From the IMG/VR virus record IMGVR_UViG_3300031555_003397: 64,000 bases of DNA. One strand, 5' to 3'. The position numbers and the translations under genes were made by a program. This DNA is from a virus. Taxonomy: Duplodnaviria; Heunggongvirae; Uroviricota; Caudoviricetes. The notes below the pieces were generated by a model. The model did no database searches. It was not told where the DNA came from and saw only the letters and a list, made by a program, of their open reading frames with translations. Below are positions 8,373 to 19,781 of this stretch, piece after piece (within the stretch, counting starts at the first letter, position 1; every line of letters begins with the position of its first letter).

Positions 8373-9284
8373 ATGCTAGAGTCTAAGGAAAATTCTGTAA
8401 AGATTGAGGGTATTCTGTCCGAGATTGACCTGGAGACAGGTAGTTATATGAAAGATGGTAAGTCTGTCGAAAAGATTGGCGGTTCCATCAAGGTTCGTGT
8501 TACTCAGATGCTGAATGGCGAGGAATCCGAACTGGATATCCCTGTATATATGTTTGCCAATAAGCTGACTAATAAGGGTACTGCTAATCCTGCTTACGCT
8601 TCTATTGAGCGCGTAATGAACGAGTATAAGAGTATCGCTGCAGTTGGTATCGATGCCGCAGACCGTGTTCGTATTACTGGCGCGCAGATTCGTATGAATG
8701 AATATTACGGCCAGACTGGTAATCTGAACTCTTACCCCCGTATCAATGCTTCTTTCGTAACCAAGATTACCGATTTGAGTAAGTTCACCCCTGAAGCTAC
8801 TTTCTCTGTTATTTTTGCAGTTGGTAGCATGGGTTATGAAACCGATAAGGATGGCGTGGAAATTCCCAATCGCTATAAGATTCGTGGTATCATGCCTCAG
8901 TACGGCGGTATCGTTGATGTAATTGATTTCTTCGCTACCAGTCCTAACGTTATTGATGCTGTTTCTTCTTACTGGGAGCAGGGCGATACCGTTAAGATTA
9001 ATGGTAAGCTGAACTTTACCTCTAAGACTGAGGAGAAGATGGTTGAGGTCGACTTCGGTGAGCCTCGTATTGAGAGAAAGACTATTTCTGTCAGCGAGCT
9101 GATTATCACTGGTGGTTCTCAGACTCCTTTGGAGGGTGACTTTGCCTTTGATATGGATGAAATCCATAGCGCTTTGGAAGATCGTCAGGCTCGTTTGGCT
9201 GAACTGAAGGCAAAGCAGAAGGCTAAGGAAAGCAAGACTGCTCCTAAGGCCGCAAAGAAGTCTATGGCTGACCTGGGCTTCTAA
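8373..9284 (+). CDS. ssb: Phage single-stranded DNA-binding protein (two OB-like folds)
   Basis: KIEGILSEIDL...; YWEQGDTVKINGKLNF; C-terminus ending DLGF; located before the annealing ATPase; highly expressed codon bias. Confidence 0.7.
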   Translation: MLESKENSVKIEGILSEIDLETGSYMKDGKSVEKIGGSIKVRVTQMLNGEESELDIPVYMFANKLTNKGTANPAYASIERVMNEYKSIAAVGIDAADRVRITGAQIRMNEYYGQTGNLNSYPRINASFVTKITDLSKFTPEATFSVIFAVGSMGYETDKDGVEIPNRYKIRGIMPQYGGIVDVIDFFATSPNVIDAVSSYWEQGDTVKINGKLNFTSKTEEKMVEVDFGEPRIERKTISVSELIITGGSQTPLEGDFAFDMDEIHSALEDRQARLAELKAKQKAKESKTAPKAAKKSMADLGF

Positions 9285-9298
9285 TGGAGGTAACGTAA

Positions 9299-10261
9299 AT
9301 GGCTATTGATATTTTAGCCATTCAGCCGTAGGTTATTTCGAGAGATTTACGCTCGAAATACCTGCTCCTGGCTGGCGCACCTAAGATTGGTAAAACTGAA
9401 TTTTGTACTATGGCGCCTGATGCTTTAGTGTTGGCATTTGAGATTGGTACCAATGCAAGACCTGGCGCCATGATTCAGAAGATTGATACTTGGAGTACAT
9501 TCAAGTTAGTTCTTCGTCAGTTGGAAAAACCAGAAGCAAAAGCCAAGTTCTCAACCATCTGTGTTGATACAGTTGCAATTGCTTACGACCTGTGTGAACA
9601 ATTTATTTGCGCCCAGAATGGTGTGCAAAAGATTGGTGACATCCCTTATGGTGGCGGTTATGCTGCTCTATCCAAGGAATTTGATAGCGCGCTCCGCAAG
9701 ATTACTATGATGGGTTATGGCCTAATTATGACTTGCCACTTAAAGGAAAGTTCTGACGAGAATGGTGAAATCACTGGATATAAGCCTGACTTAAACAATC
9801 GTTGCTTAAAGATTGTTAATGGCCTGGTTGATATTATCGGTGTCATCACTCAGACTTGGGATGAGCATGGTGAAAGTCATCGTTGGATTCAGACTCGTTC
9901 TACTCCCACCATTGTTGCAGGTTCCAGATATAAATATCTTGCTCCTCGAATTCCATTTGGCTATAATGAGTTCTTAGAGGCTCTGGGCCAAGCAATCGAT
10001 AAAGAGCAAGAAAATGGCGCAGTTGTTACTGATACAGCACCTCTTGATACATTTGAGAAATTGGATTATAAAGCAATTCGCGCGGAAGCCTCTGAATTGT
10101 GGACTGTCCTTGTGGAGAAAGACCCCGAAAATGCTCCTGTTATCTTGAAAAAGGTTGAGATTATTTTTGGTCGTCCCATGAAGCTGTCTGAAATCACAGA
10201 AGACCAGGTTGATTTGTTTAACCTTGTTGTTCTTGATATGAGAGATATGTTAAAGGACTAA
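9299..10261 (+). CDS. Sak4/AAA_24-like ssDNA-annealing ATPase (TAG at codon 11 = Gln)
   Basis: True start ATG 9299 with SD GGAGG; Walker A GAPKIGKT lies upstream of the track ORF; Walker B ICVDTV. Confidence 0.85.
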
Positions 10262-10274
10262 TCCTTTTAATTAC

Positions 10275-10303
10275 GCCACCCTTGGTTTCAAGGGTGGCTT
10301 TTT
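10275..10303 (+). terminator. Rho-independent terminator
   Basis: GCCACCCTTG-gttt-CAAGGGTGGC + TTTTT. Confidence 0.9.
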
Positions 10304-10308
10304 CTAAT

Positions 10309-10337
10309 TTGACTTTTTACAAAAAATATGATATAAT
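10309..10337 (+). promoter_or_regulatory. sigmaA-type promoter (TTGACT-N17-TATAAT, TGn)
   Basis: Hexamers at 10309-10314 and 10332-10337. Confidence 0.8.
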
Positions 10338-10376
10338 ATATGTAGGAAAATAAGGCTAGAAAAGGTGGTGCGATTA

Positions 10377-10964
10377 ATGGCAAAAGCTATGGTTGAGTGT
10401 CGAGTTTGTAAACAAAAATTTAACAGATTGGACCCAGATTTAGTAGAAGGAGTTTATTGGGTACAACCAGTTAAAAGATTCTATTACCATAAAAAATGCT
10501 ATGAAGATTTTGCTAAGAAAAAAGGACAAATTGGAAAAGAGGGAATAGAACTTGAGGCAGATGAAGTTGTATGGAAAACTGCTGTACAAGATTATCTTAA
10601 AAGAGATTTAAAAATTAGTCTTGATTATAAAAGATTTAATTCTCAGTGGAAGAAATTTGTAGAAAGGGATGGACGTACACCCAAAGGTATCTATTTTACT
10701 GTTAGATATTTTTATGAAATATGTGGTGGCTTAGTCGACAAGAGCGAAGGCGGCATTGGAATTGTTCCACATATATATGAAGATGCAACAGCTTATTGGG
10801 GAGAAAGAAACCAAAGAGATAAGAATATCGTTGCCGCAATTGAAGAACAGATTCGTCAATTTCAGAACCAAAATATTATTGAAGTAAAGATGAAGAGAAA
10901 AAAGCGGCAAGTAAAAACTGCGGCAGAGATGTTAGCAGAAGTAGATATGGAGGACGATGAATGA
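10377..10964 (+). CDS. Zn-finger protein preceding DnaB (possible helicase loader / initiator)
   Basis: CRVC...HKKC; position directly before the helicase; function is inference. Confidence 0.55.
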   Translation: MAKAMVECRVCKQKFNRLDPDLVEGVYWVQPVKRFYYHKKCYEDFAKKKGQIGKEGIELEADEVVWKTAVQDYLKRDLKISLDYKRFNSQWKKFVERDGRTPKGIYFTVRYFYEICGGLVDKSEGGIGIVPHIYEDATAYWGERNQRDKNIVAAIEEQIRQFQNQNIIEVKMKRKKRQVKTAAEMLAEVDMEDDE

Positions 10965-12520
10965 CAAACAAGGGAACCATTCAGCAGGTTCTTGGTTCTC
11001 TGATGAAACACCCTCAGTTTTTAAGTGAGGTTGATAAGTATAGCTTGTCTATCTCAGACTTTTCAACTAAGTTCGAGAAATATATTTTCAATGCTATAAA
11101 TGGTTTATGGCGTAGTGGCGCGCAAAAGATTACGGCTTTAGATATTGAAAGTTATCTTGAAGCTAATGATGCGGCAAAGAAATTATATGAACAGCAGAAT
11201 GGTCTTGAGTATTTGCAAGATATTGAAGAGTTCTCTAATATAGAGAACTTTCCTTATTATTATACCAAACTAAAGAAACTGAATTTGCTCAGGGATTTAA
11301 AGAAACAGAACTTTCCCGTAAGTGAATTTTATCAAGAAGATTTAACTGCGGCGAATGCAATGGAAATTAATCAGCGGTTTGAAGAACTAACCATCAGCGA
11401 TATTATTACTGCGGTTAAGAAGAGATTGTTGGTTTTGGAATCTGATTATGCGGGCACTGAAGAAGTTCAAGAATGGAATATCGGTGATGATATTGACGAG
11501 CTTGTCGAATCTTTCGGCGCAGAAGGAAGTGTTGGACTTCCAATTCAAGGTTTTATTTTCAGTAGAATTATTGATGGAGCACAGCGTTCTTGTCTGACCA
11601 TTCGCTCTGGTGCGAGTGGTACTGGTAAAACAAGAAATGCTGTAGCAGACGCTTGTATTCTTGCTTTTCCTATAAGATACAATAGCAAAACTGCTTCTTG
11701 GGAACAAAAAGGCAACAATCAGCGAATTTTGTTTATTATCACAGAGCAGACTGATATTCAGATTAAAAAAATGATTTTGGCATACTTAACTGATATAAAT
11801 GAATCTAAGTTTAAGTACGGACGTTTTACTGAAGAAGAAAAGAAACGAATCGCGCAAGGTAAACAGATTATGAAGGATTATGCAGATAATTTTATTCTGA
11901 TTCGTATTCCTAATCCAACTATTGATTTAGTAAAAACCAAAGTACGCGAAAAAGTTTTGTTGCATGATATTGGTTATGTATTTTATGACTACATCTTTAT
12001 TGGACCTGCGCTTCTTAACGAGTTCCGTGGTTTTGGTGTCCGTAATGATGAAGTTCTATTGATGATGGCAACCGCCTTAAAGGATTTGGCTGTTGAATTG
12101 GATGTCTGTGTTTTTACTTCTACACAGGTTAATGCAAATGTGGATAATAACATAAATATTAGGAATGAATCTTCTCTGGCCGGTGGTCGTTCAACAATTA
12201 ACAAAGCAGATAATGGTGCGATTATGGCTCGTCCTACTAAGGAAGAGTTAGAAACTCTCGAACCAATTATTGCTGTTCATGGTAAGCCAAATCTGGTAAC
12301 TGATATTTTTAAAGTTCGAAGTGGTGAGTGGACACAAGTACGTATTTGGTCTATTGTTGATTTGGGTACAATGAAGCGAGATGATTTGTTTTTAACTGAT
12401 TCTCGTTTGGTTGTTATCAATGATTTTAGTACTGGTGATGAATATAATATCAGTGATTTTGAAAGCGATGAACTGATTGAAATTAAAAGAAAGGTTGATT
12501 GGCTAAATGGATTATGCTGA
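10961..12520 (+). CDS. dnaB: DnaB-like replicative helicase
   Basis: Walker A SGASGTGKT; FYDYI; STQVN; KAD; R-S-G arginine-finger region. Confidence 0.9.
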   Translation: MTNKGTIQQVLGSLMKHPQFLSEVDKYSLSISDFSTKFEKYIFNAINGLWRSGAQKITALDIESYLEANDAAKKLYEQQNGLEYLQDIEEFSNIENFPYYYTKLKKLNLLRDLKKQNFPVSEFYQEDLTAANAMEINQRFEELTISDIITAVKKRLLVLESDYAGTEEVQEWNIGDDIDELVESFGAEGSVGLPIQGFIFSRIIDGAQRSCLTIRSGASGTGKTRNAVADACILAFPIRYNSKTASWEQKGNNQRILFIITEQTDIQIKKMILAYLTDINESKFKYGRFTEEEKKRIAQGKQIMKDYADNFILIRIPNPTIDLVKTKVREKVLLHDIGYVFYDYIFIGPALLNEFRGFGVRNDEVLLMMATALKDLAVELDVCVFTSTQVNANVDNNINIRNESSLAGGRSTINKADNGAIMARPTKEELETLEPIIAVHGKPNLVTDIFKVRSGEWTQVRIWSIVDLGTMKRDDLFLTDSRLVVINDFSTGDEYNISDFESDELIEIKRKVDWLNGLC

Positions 12521-13559
12521 GATAATCTCTAATTTAAATACCGATTCTATAATTCATTTGATGACAGAACTTGGCGCCGACAGGTACGATGATAGGGAAG
12601 ATTTTGTAATCTTTCCCACCATCTGTCATAATTTGGAATCTAGTGAAGCGTCAATGAAATTATATTTTTACAAAAAGAACAAGATGTTCGTTTGTTATAC
12701 AGAATGTGGAAGTATGTCTATTTTTAAATTTCTTCGTACTTATTACGAAGAAAGGCAGATAGAATACGACTGGTATCAAGATATCTATGAAGTGGTTTGT
12801 AATTGTTCTTCTTTTAAGCAAAAAGAAGGATTTATTAAACCAGTTTATAAGAGTTTAAAAGAGCGCTATTCTGTCGTACGAAAAGAAGTTCAACTTCCAG
12901 AATATTCGCCAAATGTGTTAGATTGTTTTGTTAAATATTATCCTCCAGAATGGTTGAACGATGGTATAACAAAAGAAGCTATGGATGATTTTGATATTTC
13001 CTATTCTATTTCTCAGAATAAAATTATTATTCCTCATTATGATATTGATGGCCGTCTTGTTGGAATTAGAGGTCGCGCATTGAATGAGTGGGAAGTAGAA
13101 AATGTTGGTAAGTATGCACCAATACGCATTGAAAATACTTGGTACAAACATCCACTTTCTATGAACCTTTATGGCTTACATATGACAGAATTTGATATTA
13201 AAGAAAGCGGAATTTGTTTTTTATTTGAAAGTGAAAAGTCTGTTTTACAGATGGAAGGCTTCTCAATACCAAATTGTTCTGCGGCAGTATGTGGAAGTAA
13301 TTTTAATAAATATCAATTAAACATTCTTATGAGGCATTGCCATCCAGCGCATATTGTTTTGTGCTTTGATAAAGAAGAGCTTCCTGGAGAGGATAAGTAT
13401 TTCAACAAATTATGGAATATCTGTCAAAAATATAAAAATTATTGCAACTTCTCTTTTATCTATGATAGGGAAGGTTTGCTTGATTTAAAGGATTCTCCTA
13501 CAGATAAAGGAGAAGAAATTTTCTTGAAACTATTAGATAAGAGGGTAATTGTTAAATGA
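12507..13559 (+). CDS. DNA primase
   Basis: N-terminal Zn site (TICHN...CYTEC); IIIPHYDIDGRLVGIRGR; TOPRIM FESEKS and FDKE. Confidence 0.9.
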   Translation: MDYAEIISNLNTDSIIHLMTELGADRYDDREDFVIFPTICHNLESSEASMKLYFYKKNKMFVCYTECGSMSIFKFLRTYYEERQIEYDWYQDIYEVVCNCSSFKQKEGFIKPVYKSLKERYSVVRKEVQLPEYSPNVLDCFVKYYPPEWLNDGITKEAMDDFDISYSISQNKIIIPHYDIDGRLVGIRGRALNEWEVENVGKYAPIRIENTWYKHPLSMNLYGLHMTEFDIKESGICFLFESEKSVLQMEGFSIPNCSAAVCGSNFNKYQLNILMRHCHPAHIVLCFDKEELPGEDKYFNKLWNICQKYKNYCNFSFIYDREGLLDLKDSPTDKGEEIFLKLLDKRVIVK

Positions 13560-15313
13560 AGACCAAACTGATTAACACAAACTTTAAGAAAGATTATGTA
13601 GATTCACTTTTGAAGGCTCGTGGTATTGAAAATCCAGAAGATTATTACAATCCTGGCAGAGAGTTCCTACAACCTCCCACTGATTTAGAAAATGTAGAGC
13701 GAGGCGCCAACCTGCTCATAGGAGTACTTGCGCAGGATGAGAAAATTCTGATTGTTGTTGACTCTGATAATGATGGTTTTACTTCTGCTACTATCATGTA
13801 TAATTATCTGAGAGATTTAATGCCCGATTGCAAGATTGATTATATTTTACATGAAGGTAAATAGCATGGCCTGCAAGATCATATTAAGAATTTAACAGAG
13901 GGCGGAGAACATTACGGGTTAATCATTCTACCCGACTCTTCTAGTAATGATTATGTTTATCATGAACAATTGAGTGACTTGGGTACTTCTGTTTTAGTTC
14001 TTGACCATCACATTACAGATACAGAACTAAGTGAAAATGCCGTAGTTATTAACAACCAGCTTTCTCCTCGATATAAGAACAAGGAATTGACCGGCGCAGG
14101 AGTTGTATATCAGTTCTGCCGTTATCTTGATTTAAAGTTGGGCAAGTCTTTTGCTGACAAGTATATGGACTTAGCAGCCTGGGGTATCATTGGCGATATG
14201 GGTTCTATGCTTGAGTTGGAAAATCGTTATATCGTAAAGGAAGGATTAAAGAATATTAATAACAAGTTGCTATGGGCGCTCATGGAGAAGCAGGCTTATT
14301 CTATTACTGGTGCGATGAGTCCTAGCAAACAACAGCTGATTGACGCTATGAATCCCATTAGCGTAGCTTTTTACATTGTCCCTCTGGTCAATGCGATGAT
14401 TCGTGTTGGCACCATGGATGAAAAGTGTCGACTGTTTGAAGCTTTCTTAGATGGCGATAAAATGATTCCTAGTGGCAAGCGTGGAGCGAAGGGAACTATG
14501 GAAAGAGCTGGTGTTGAAGCCGCACGTGAATGTAGCAACGCGCGCAATCGTCAAAATAAATCTTTGGAAACCGCTATGGATAGAACTGAAATCAAAATTC
14601 ATAAGTATGATTTGTTGGAAAACAGAATTTTGTTTGTTCGTCTGGACGAAGAAGATACATTCCCCTCGGAATTAAATGGTCTACTAGCTATGAAGTTAAG
14701 CGCCAAATTCAAGCGTCCCACTATTGTTGCACGACTGAATGAGCAAGGCTTTAATCGTGGGTCTATGCGCGGATTGAATCAAAGTGAATTGGTTTCTTTT
14801 AAAGATTTCTTAACTGAAAGCGGAATGTTTGAATATGTCCAAGGTCATGACAATGCGGCTGGTTGTTCTATCCCTAATTCTCATTTAACTGATTTCCACA
14901 AGTGGGCAAATGAGGCTCTTATTGGAATTGATTTTGGTGAAAACTGCTATGATGTAAATTTTGATAGAATTGCCGCTGATGATGATTTAGCAGATATTAT
15001 TCATGATATTGGGGCACATGGTGGCATTTGGGGGCAGCAAAATCCAGAACCTTTGATCCATGTAACAGATATTAACATTTCTGCAAGTGATGTTCAAATT
15101 ATGGGTAAAAATAAGGATACTGTAAAATTTGAGAAATTTGGTATCGCTTATATGAAGTTCCATGCAAAAGATTTGATTGAAGAATTAAATAAGCATCCCG
15201 ACATGAAGATAGAAGTTGTTGGTCGTGCCAATTTGAATGAATGGGGCGGAAGAGTAACTCCTCAGATTTTTATTGAAGATATTGAGGTGAAGGATAATGC
15301 GCTTGGATTCTAA
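13556..15313 (+). CDS. recJ: RecJ-like DHH ssDNA exonuclease (TAG 13862-13864 = Gln)
   Basis: DSDNDG, HEGK*HGL (=EGKQHGL), LDHH, GSMRG, GHDNAAG; two track ORFs join in frame. Confidence 0.93.
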
Positions 15314-15449
15314 TTACATATATGATATACCTAAAGTAATAGCAGAAAGCCCCTTTCCTATTATCCCTCTTATTGCAGATAAAGATGGAATGTGGTATCT
15401 CTATACGATTTGGCATATAGAACGAGCCGTTAAAATAATGGGAGTCTGA
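15297..15449 (+). CDS. 50-aa hypothetical protein (below track cutoff)
   Basis: MRLDSNYIYDIPKVIAESPFPIIPLIADKDGMWYLYTIWHIERAVKIMGV; SD GAGGTGA; fills the gap exactly. Confidence 0.55.
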   Translation: MRLDSNYIYDIPKVIAESPFPIIPLIADKDGMWYLYTIWHIERAVKIMGV

Positions 15450-15737
15450 ATGATTAAGATATTGATTATAACAGATAGAATTACTAGATGGTATCACACA
15501 ATTATCAATATGATGGAAGTTGATACTACTATCCAGACAAAAGAATATACTGAAATACGTAATAAGCTATTCATATTCCATATTCGAAGTGGATTTCCCG
15601 AGTCTAGACGTGGAGCAGCTTATGCACACGTAATCTTGGATAAACAACTTGATGAAAAAACTTTCTATGAAGTTCTCATGCCAACTATTAAGCAAAGAAT
15701 AATTAACCATGGTTTAGACGAACTGCTCAATAATTGA
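15450..15737 (+). CDS. Hypothetical protein
   Basis: 95-aa ORF abutting the previous gene. Confidence 0.6.
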   Translation: MIKILIITDRITRWYHTIINMMEVDTTIQTKEYTEIRNKLFIFHIRSGFPESRRGAAYAHVILDKQLDEKTFYEVLMPTIKQRIINHGLDELLNN

Positions 15738-15762
15738 CAAAAATATAAATTTATGATATAAT
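15734..15762 (+). promoter_or_regulatory. sigmaA-type promoter (TTGACA-N17-TATAAT, TGn)
   Basis: Perfect consensus upstream of the polymerase gene. Confidence 0.85.
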
Positions 15763-15791
15763 ATTTATATAAACTGAGAGGAGGTAGATGC

Positions 15792-18700
15792 GTGGTGACA
15801 AATTTTCCTGGTTCACTACATAATCACACCCAATATTCTAACTTACGTTTGCGTGACTGTATCATCAAAGAAAAAGATTTGATTGAATATGCCGTAGAAC
15901 TTGGTCATGAAGTTGTGGCAGTAACAGACCATGAAGCTGTATGCAACGCAGTTAAGGTCGAAAAGATTTACAAAAAAATAAAAAAAGAACATCCAGACTT
16001 TAAGGTAATTCTTGGTAATGAGATTTATCTTTGTCGTAATGGACTAAATGCAAACAATTTCAATCGTGAGTATGATAGATATTATCACTTTGTTCTTTTA
16101 GCAAAGGATGCAATTGGTCATAAACAAATTCGTGAGATTTCTACTAGAGCTTGGCATCGCAGTTATATGGCACGAGGTATGCGTAGAGTTCCCACTTACT
16201 ATCAAGATTTAATCGATGTCATTGGTGAAAATCGAGGTCATGTTATTGGAACTACTGCTTGTCTTGGTGGCGCCCTCCCTACTCAGCTTCTGAGACATAG
16301 AGATTCTGGTAGTCAAGAACTATATGAAAGAATCATCGCTTGGTGCGAGCAGATGGAATGGATTTTTGGACCTGGTAATTTTTATCTAGAACTTCAACCT
16401 GCAGCAAACCGTGACCAGCGTTATGTTAATAGAGCGCTGATTGATATTGCGAATACTTACCATTTCCCCTATATCATTACAACTGATAGTCATTATTTGA
16501 AGAAAGAAGATAAACCCATTCATAAGGCATATCTGAACTCTCAGAATGGTGATCGAGAAGTTGATGATTTCTATGCAACTACTTATATGATGAATACTGA
16601 AGAGCTTGAATCTTTTATGGGTTTGACCAGAGAAGAATTAACTGAAGCATATAATAATATTCATCATATTAAAGAAATGTGTGAAGATTATAGCTTGATG
16701 AAGCCTCTAAAAATTCCTCAGCTTCCTTGGAGTGAACCTTTTGGCGCACCTGCACCTTATAAATGGTTTGATAAGATTCCTTATATGAAAACCTTTATGG
16801 GGTCTGATTATGTAGGTGACCATCATTTATGTGATGCTATTTCTTTAGCTCTGTCCAAAGACAAGAAATTACAAACTCAAGAAATCTATGACGCAATCAA
16901 TGAATGTCTTGAAATGACTTGGATTTCTTCCGAAGTCAACAAAACTCATTGGTCTGCATATTATCTAAATCTACAAAAGATTATTGAGGAGTGTTGGAAT
17001 GCAGGAACTCTTGTAGGCTGTGGCCGTGGTTCTGGTGTTGGTTTCATACTGCTATACCTTTTGGGAATTACCCAAATTAATCCTCAATGGGAAACGACCA
17101 AAACTTTTGCCTGGCGTTTTCTTAATCCTGCTCGTGTATCTGTTCTTGACGTTGACGTTGATATTGAAGGCGGGCGCCGTAAGCAGGTTTTGGACCATCT
17201 AAGAAAAGTCTATGGGGAAGATAGAGTTGCTAACGTTGCAACCTTTGGTACTGAAAAATCTAAGTCTGCGGTTTTGACTGCTTGCCGTGGTTTGGGTATT
17301 GATGTTGATATTGCACAGTATCTAGCTTCTATGATTGCTTCTGACCGTGGTATGTTAAGAACTCTCGACCAAACATTCTATGGCGATGAAGAAAGTGACT
17401 TCGCGCCAAATAAGCAGTTTGTATATGAAATGACAGAAAACTATCCCGAAGTTTGGCAGGTTGCAAAAAAGATTGAAGGTCTGGTTTGTCGTTTAGGTGA
17501 ACACGCAGGTGGCGTTATCTTTGTTGATGAGGACTTTGAAAATTCCACCGCTTTAATGCGCGCACCTAATGGTGATATTATGACTCAGTTTGACCTGCAT
17601 GATTGTGAAGATTGTTCTCTGATTAAGTACGACTTACTTTCTGTCGAGGCAATGGATAAAATTCATATTTGTCTTGATTTGCTTTGTGAACAGAATTACA
17701 TTGAAAAGAAAGAAACTTTGAGAGACACTTATGAAAGTGTTATCGGTATTTATAATTTGGTGCGTGAAGCACCTCAGATGTGGCAGATGGTTTGGAACCA
17801 TGAGATTCATTCTTTGTTCCAGATGGAAAAGCAATCTGGTATTCAGGGTATTGCTTTAACCCATCCTCAAAGTGTTGATGACCTTGCGGTTCTTAACTCT
17901 GTTATTCGATTGATGGCGCAGGAGAAAGGCGCTGAGCAGCCGCTGAATAAGTTCGCTCGTTTTAAGAATGATATTCAGTTATGGTATGATGAAATGGATA
18001 AGTATGGGCTAACCAAAGAAGAGCAGAAATTGCTTGAGCCAGTTGTTAAGCTATCTTATGGTATTTCTGAGTCCCAGGAAAAGTTTATGCAGTTGGTGCA
18101 GATGCCTGAATGTGGTGGCTTTGACCTGACTTGGGCAGATAAACTGCGTAAGTCAATCGCTAAAAAGAATCCTGCGGCTTATGAAGAGTTGCAGAAGGAA
18201 TATTTTGAAACTGTAGAAAAGAAAGGCTTGAGTAAAAATCTATGCAATTATGTATGGAATGTTCTAGTTGCAACTTCTCGTGGTTATGGTTTTAATGCTT
18301 CTCACACTCTTGCTTATTCTTTGATTGCACTACAAGAAATGAACTTAGGATATAATTATCCCATCATGTTCTGGAATTGTGCGTGTTTGATTTCTGATAG
18401 TGGTGGCGCTGAAAACGACGACGAAGAAGAAGTAGAAGAAGTAGATAATGTATATGAAGAAGTCGAATATTCTTCTTTTGAAGATTTCGGCGCGGAAGAG
18501 GATGAAGATGAAAACGAAGACGAAGATGAAGAGACAGTATCAGCAGCTACTAAAAAGAAAAAGAAAACAAAATCCGCCAATTATGGTAAAATCGCAACGG
18601 CTATTGGTAAAATCAAGTCAAGCGGAGTTGATGTGGCCCCACCTGATATCAACAAGTCCAGTTTTACCTTCTATCCCGATGTAGAGAGTAATACAATTAG

Positions 18701-19781
18701 ATATGGACTTAGCGGAATTACAAAAGTTGGTGAAGACCTCGTCAAGGCAATTATGGATGGACGTCCTTACACTTCTGTGGCCGACCTTACCTCTAGAGTT
18801 AAAATCAACAAGGCTCAAGTCATTAATCTTATCAAGTCCGGAGCTTTTGATAGCTTTGGAGACCGCGTGCAAATCATGCGACAGTACATCAATAGTGTCT
18901 CTGATACAAAGCAGCGAATTACTCTTCAGAATATGAAGATGTTAATTGATTTTGGTTTGATTCCAGATAAGTATGATATGCAGCGTAGAGTTTATAACTT
19001 TAACAAGTATGTAAAGAAGTTAAAGTGGGAAACTTATTATGCTCTTGATAATATCGCTTTTAATTTCTATGAGAAGCATTTTGATATGGATAATTTAATT
19101 CCTAGTGAAATGTCTGAAAGCGGTTTCTTAATCAAGCAAACAGTTTGGGATAAGATTTATCAGAGCCATATGGATAAGATTCGTCCTTGGGTAAAAGAAA
19201 ATTCTGCAACTTTGCTTGAGGAAGTAAATAATCGCTTGACAAGCGATATGTGGAATAAGTATTGCCAAGGTAGTTTGAGTAAGTGGGAAATGGATGCAGT
19301 ATCTTTCTATTCTCACGAGCATGAATTGGCCCATGTAAATACAAGAGCTTATGACATTACTGATTTTGACAAGATTCCGGAAACTCCTGTAGTTGAAAGA
19401 ATCATTCCAATTAAAGGGCGCCAAATCCCTATTTTCAAATTGTATCGAATTGCAGGTACAATTTTGGATAAAGATAAGAACAAGAAAACTGTTACACTTC
19501 TAACTACAAGCGGAGTTGTAACTGTTAAGATTTTTGGCCAAGTATTTTCTCATTATGACAAGCAAATTTCCGAAAAAGGTGCAGATGGAAAGAAGCACGT
19601 TATTGAAAAGTCTTGGCTGGCTCGTGGTAATAAGATTATTGTAACTGGTATTAAGCAGTCTGATGGTTTCTTAGCAAAGAAATATAATAAGACTCCTTAT
19701 CATCTGGTTGAGCTTATTACCGAAGTTACCGAAGATGGTTGGTTATACACCAAGGGCGAAAGAATGGAGGCAGCAGAATGA
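15792..19781 (+). CDS. dnaE: DNA polymerase III alpha subunit (family C)
   Basis: PHP HNHTQYS, TDH, DSH; GRGSG; catalytic DVDVD and KYDLL; GYGFNASH; PPDINKS; C-terminal OB fold. Confidence 0.95.
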   Translation: MVTNFPGSLHNHTQYSNLRLRDCIIKEKDLIEYAVELGHEVVAVTDHEAVCNAVKVEKIYKKIKKEHPDFKVILGNEIYLCRNGLNANNFNREYDRYYHFVLLAKDAIGHKQIREISTRAWHRSYMARGMRRVPTYYQDLIDVIGENRGHVIGTTACLGGALPTQLLRHRDSGSQELYERIIAWCEQMEWIFGPGNFYLELQPAANRDQRYVNRALIDIANTYHFPYIITTDSHYLKKEDKPIHKAYLNSQNGDREVDDFYATTYMMNTEELESFMGLTREELTEAYNNIHHIKEMCEDYSLMKPLKIPQLPWSEPFGAPAPYKWFDKIPYMKTFMGSDYVGDHHLCDAISLALSKDKKLQTQEIYDAINECLEMTWISSEVNKTHWSAYYLNLQKIIEECWNAGTLVGCGRGSGVGFILLYLLGITQINPQWETTKTFAWRFLNPARVSVLDVDVDIEGGRRKQVLDHLRKVYGEDRVANVATFGTEKSKSAVLTACRGLGIDVDIAQYLASMIASDRGMLRTLDQTFYGDEESDFAPNKQFVYEMTENYPEVWQVAKKIEGLVCRLGEHAGGVIFVDEDFENSTALMRAPNGDIMTQFDLHDCEDCSLIKYDLLSVEAMDKIHICLDLLCEQNYIEKKETLRDTYESVIGIYNLVREAPQMWQMVWNHEIHSLFQMEKQSGIQGIALTHPQSVDDLAVLNSVIRLMAQEKGAEQPLNKFARFKNDIQLWYDEMDKYGLTKEEQKLLEPVVKLSYGISESQEKFMQLVQMPECGGFDLTWADKLRKSIAKKNPAAYEELQKEYFETVEKKGLSKNLCNYVWNVLVATSRGYGFNASHTLAYSLIALQEMNLGYNYPIMFWNCACLISDSGGAENDDEEEVEEVDNVYEEVEYSSFEDFGAEEDEDENEDEDEETVSAATKKKKKTKSANYGKIATAIGKIKSSGVDVAPPDINKSSFTFYPDVESNTIRYGLSGITKVGEDLVKAIMDGRPYTSVADLTSRVKINKAQVINLIKSGAFDSFGDRVQIMRQYINSVSDTKQRITLQNMKMLIDFGLIPDKYDMQRRVYNFNKYVKKLKWETYYALDNIAFNFYEKHFDMDNLIPSEMSESGFLIKQTVWDKIYQSHMDKIRPWVKENSATLLEEVNNRLTSDMWNKYCQGSLSKWEMDAVSFYSHEHELAHVNTRAYDITDFDKIPETPVVERIIPIKGRQIPIFKLYRIAGTILDKDKNKKTVTLLTTSGVVTVKIFGQVFSHYDKQISEKGADGKKHVIEKSWLARGNKIIVTGIKQSDGFLAKKYNKTPYHLVELITEVTEDGWLYTKGERMEAAE

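Noticed and set aside
8376-9167. 263-aa antisense ORF opposite ssb (also 25007-25417, 26455-26820, 48035-48484, 49960-50307)
   Set aside because: Shadow ORFs caused by codon bias of the sense gene; no SD, promoter or recognisable motif.
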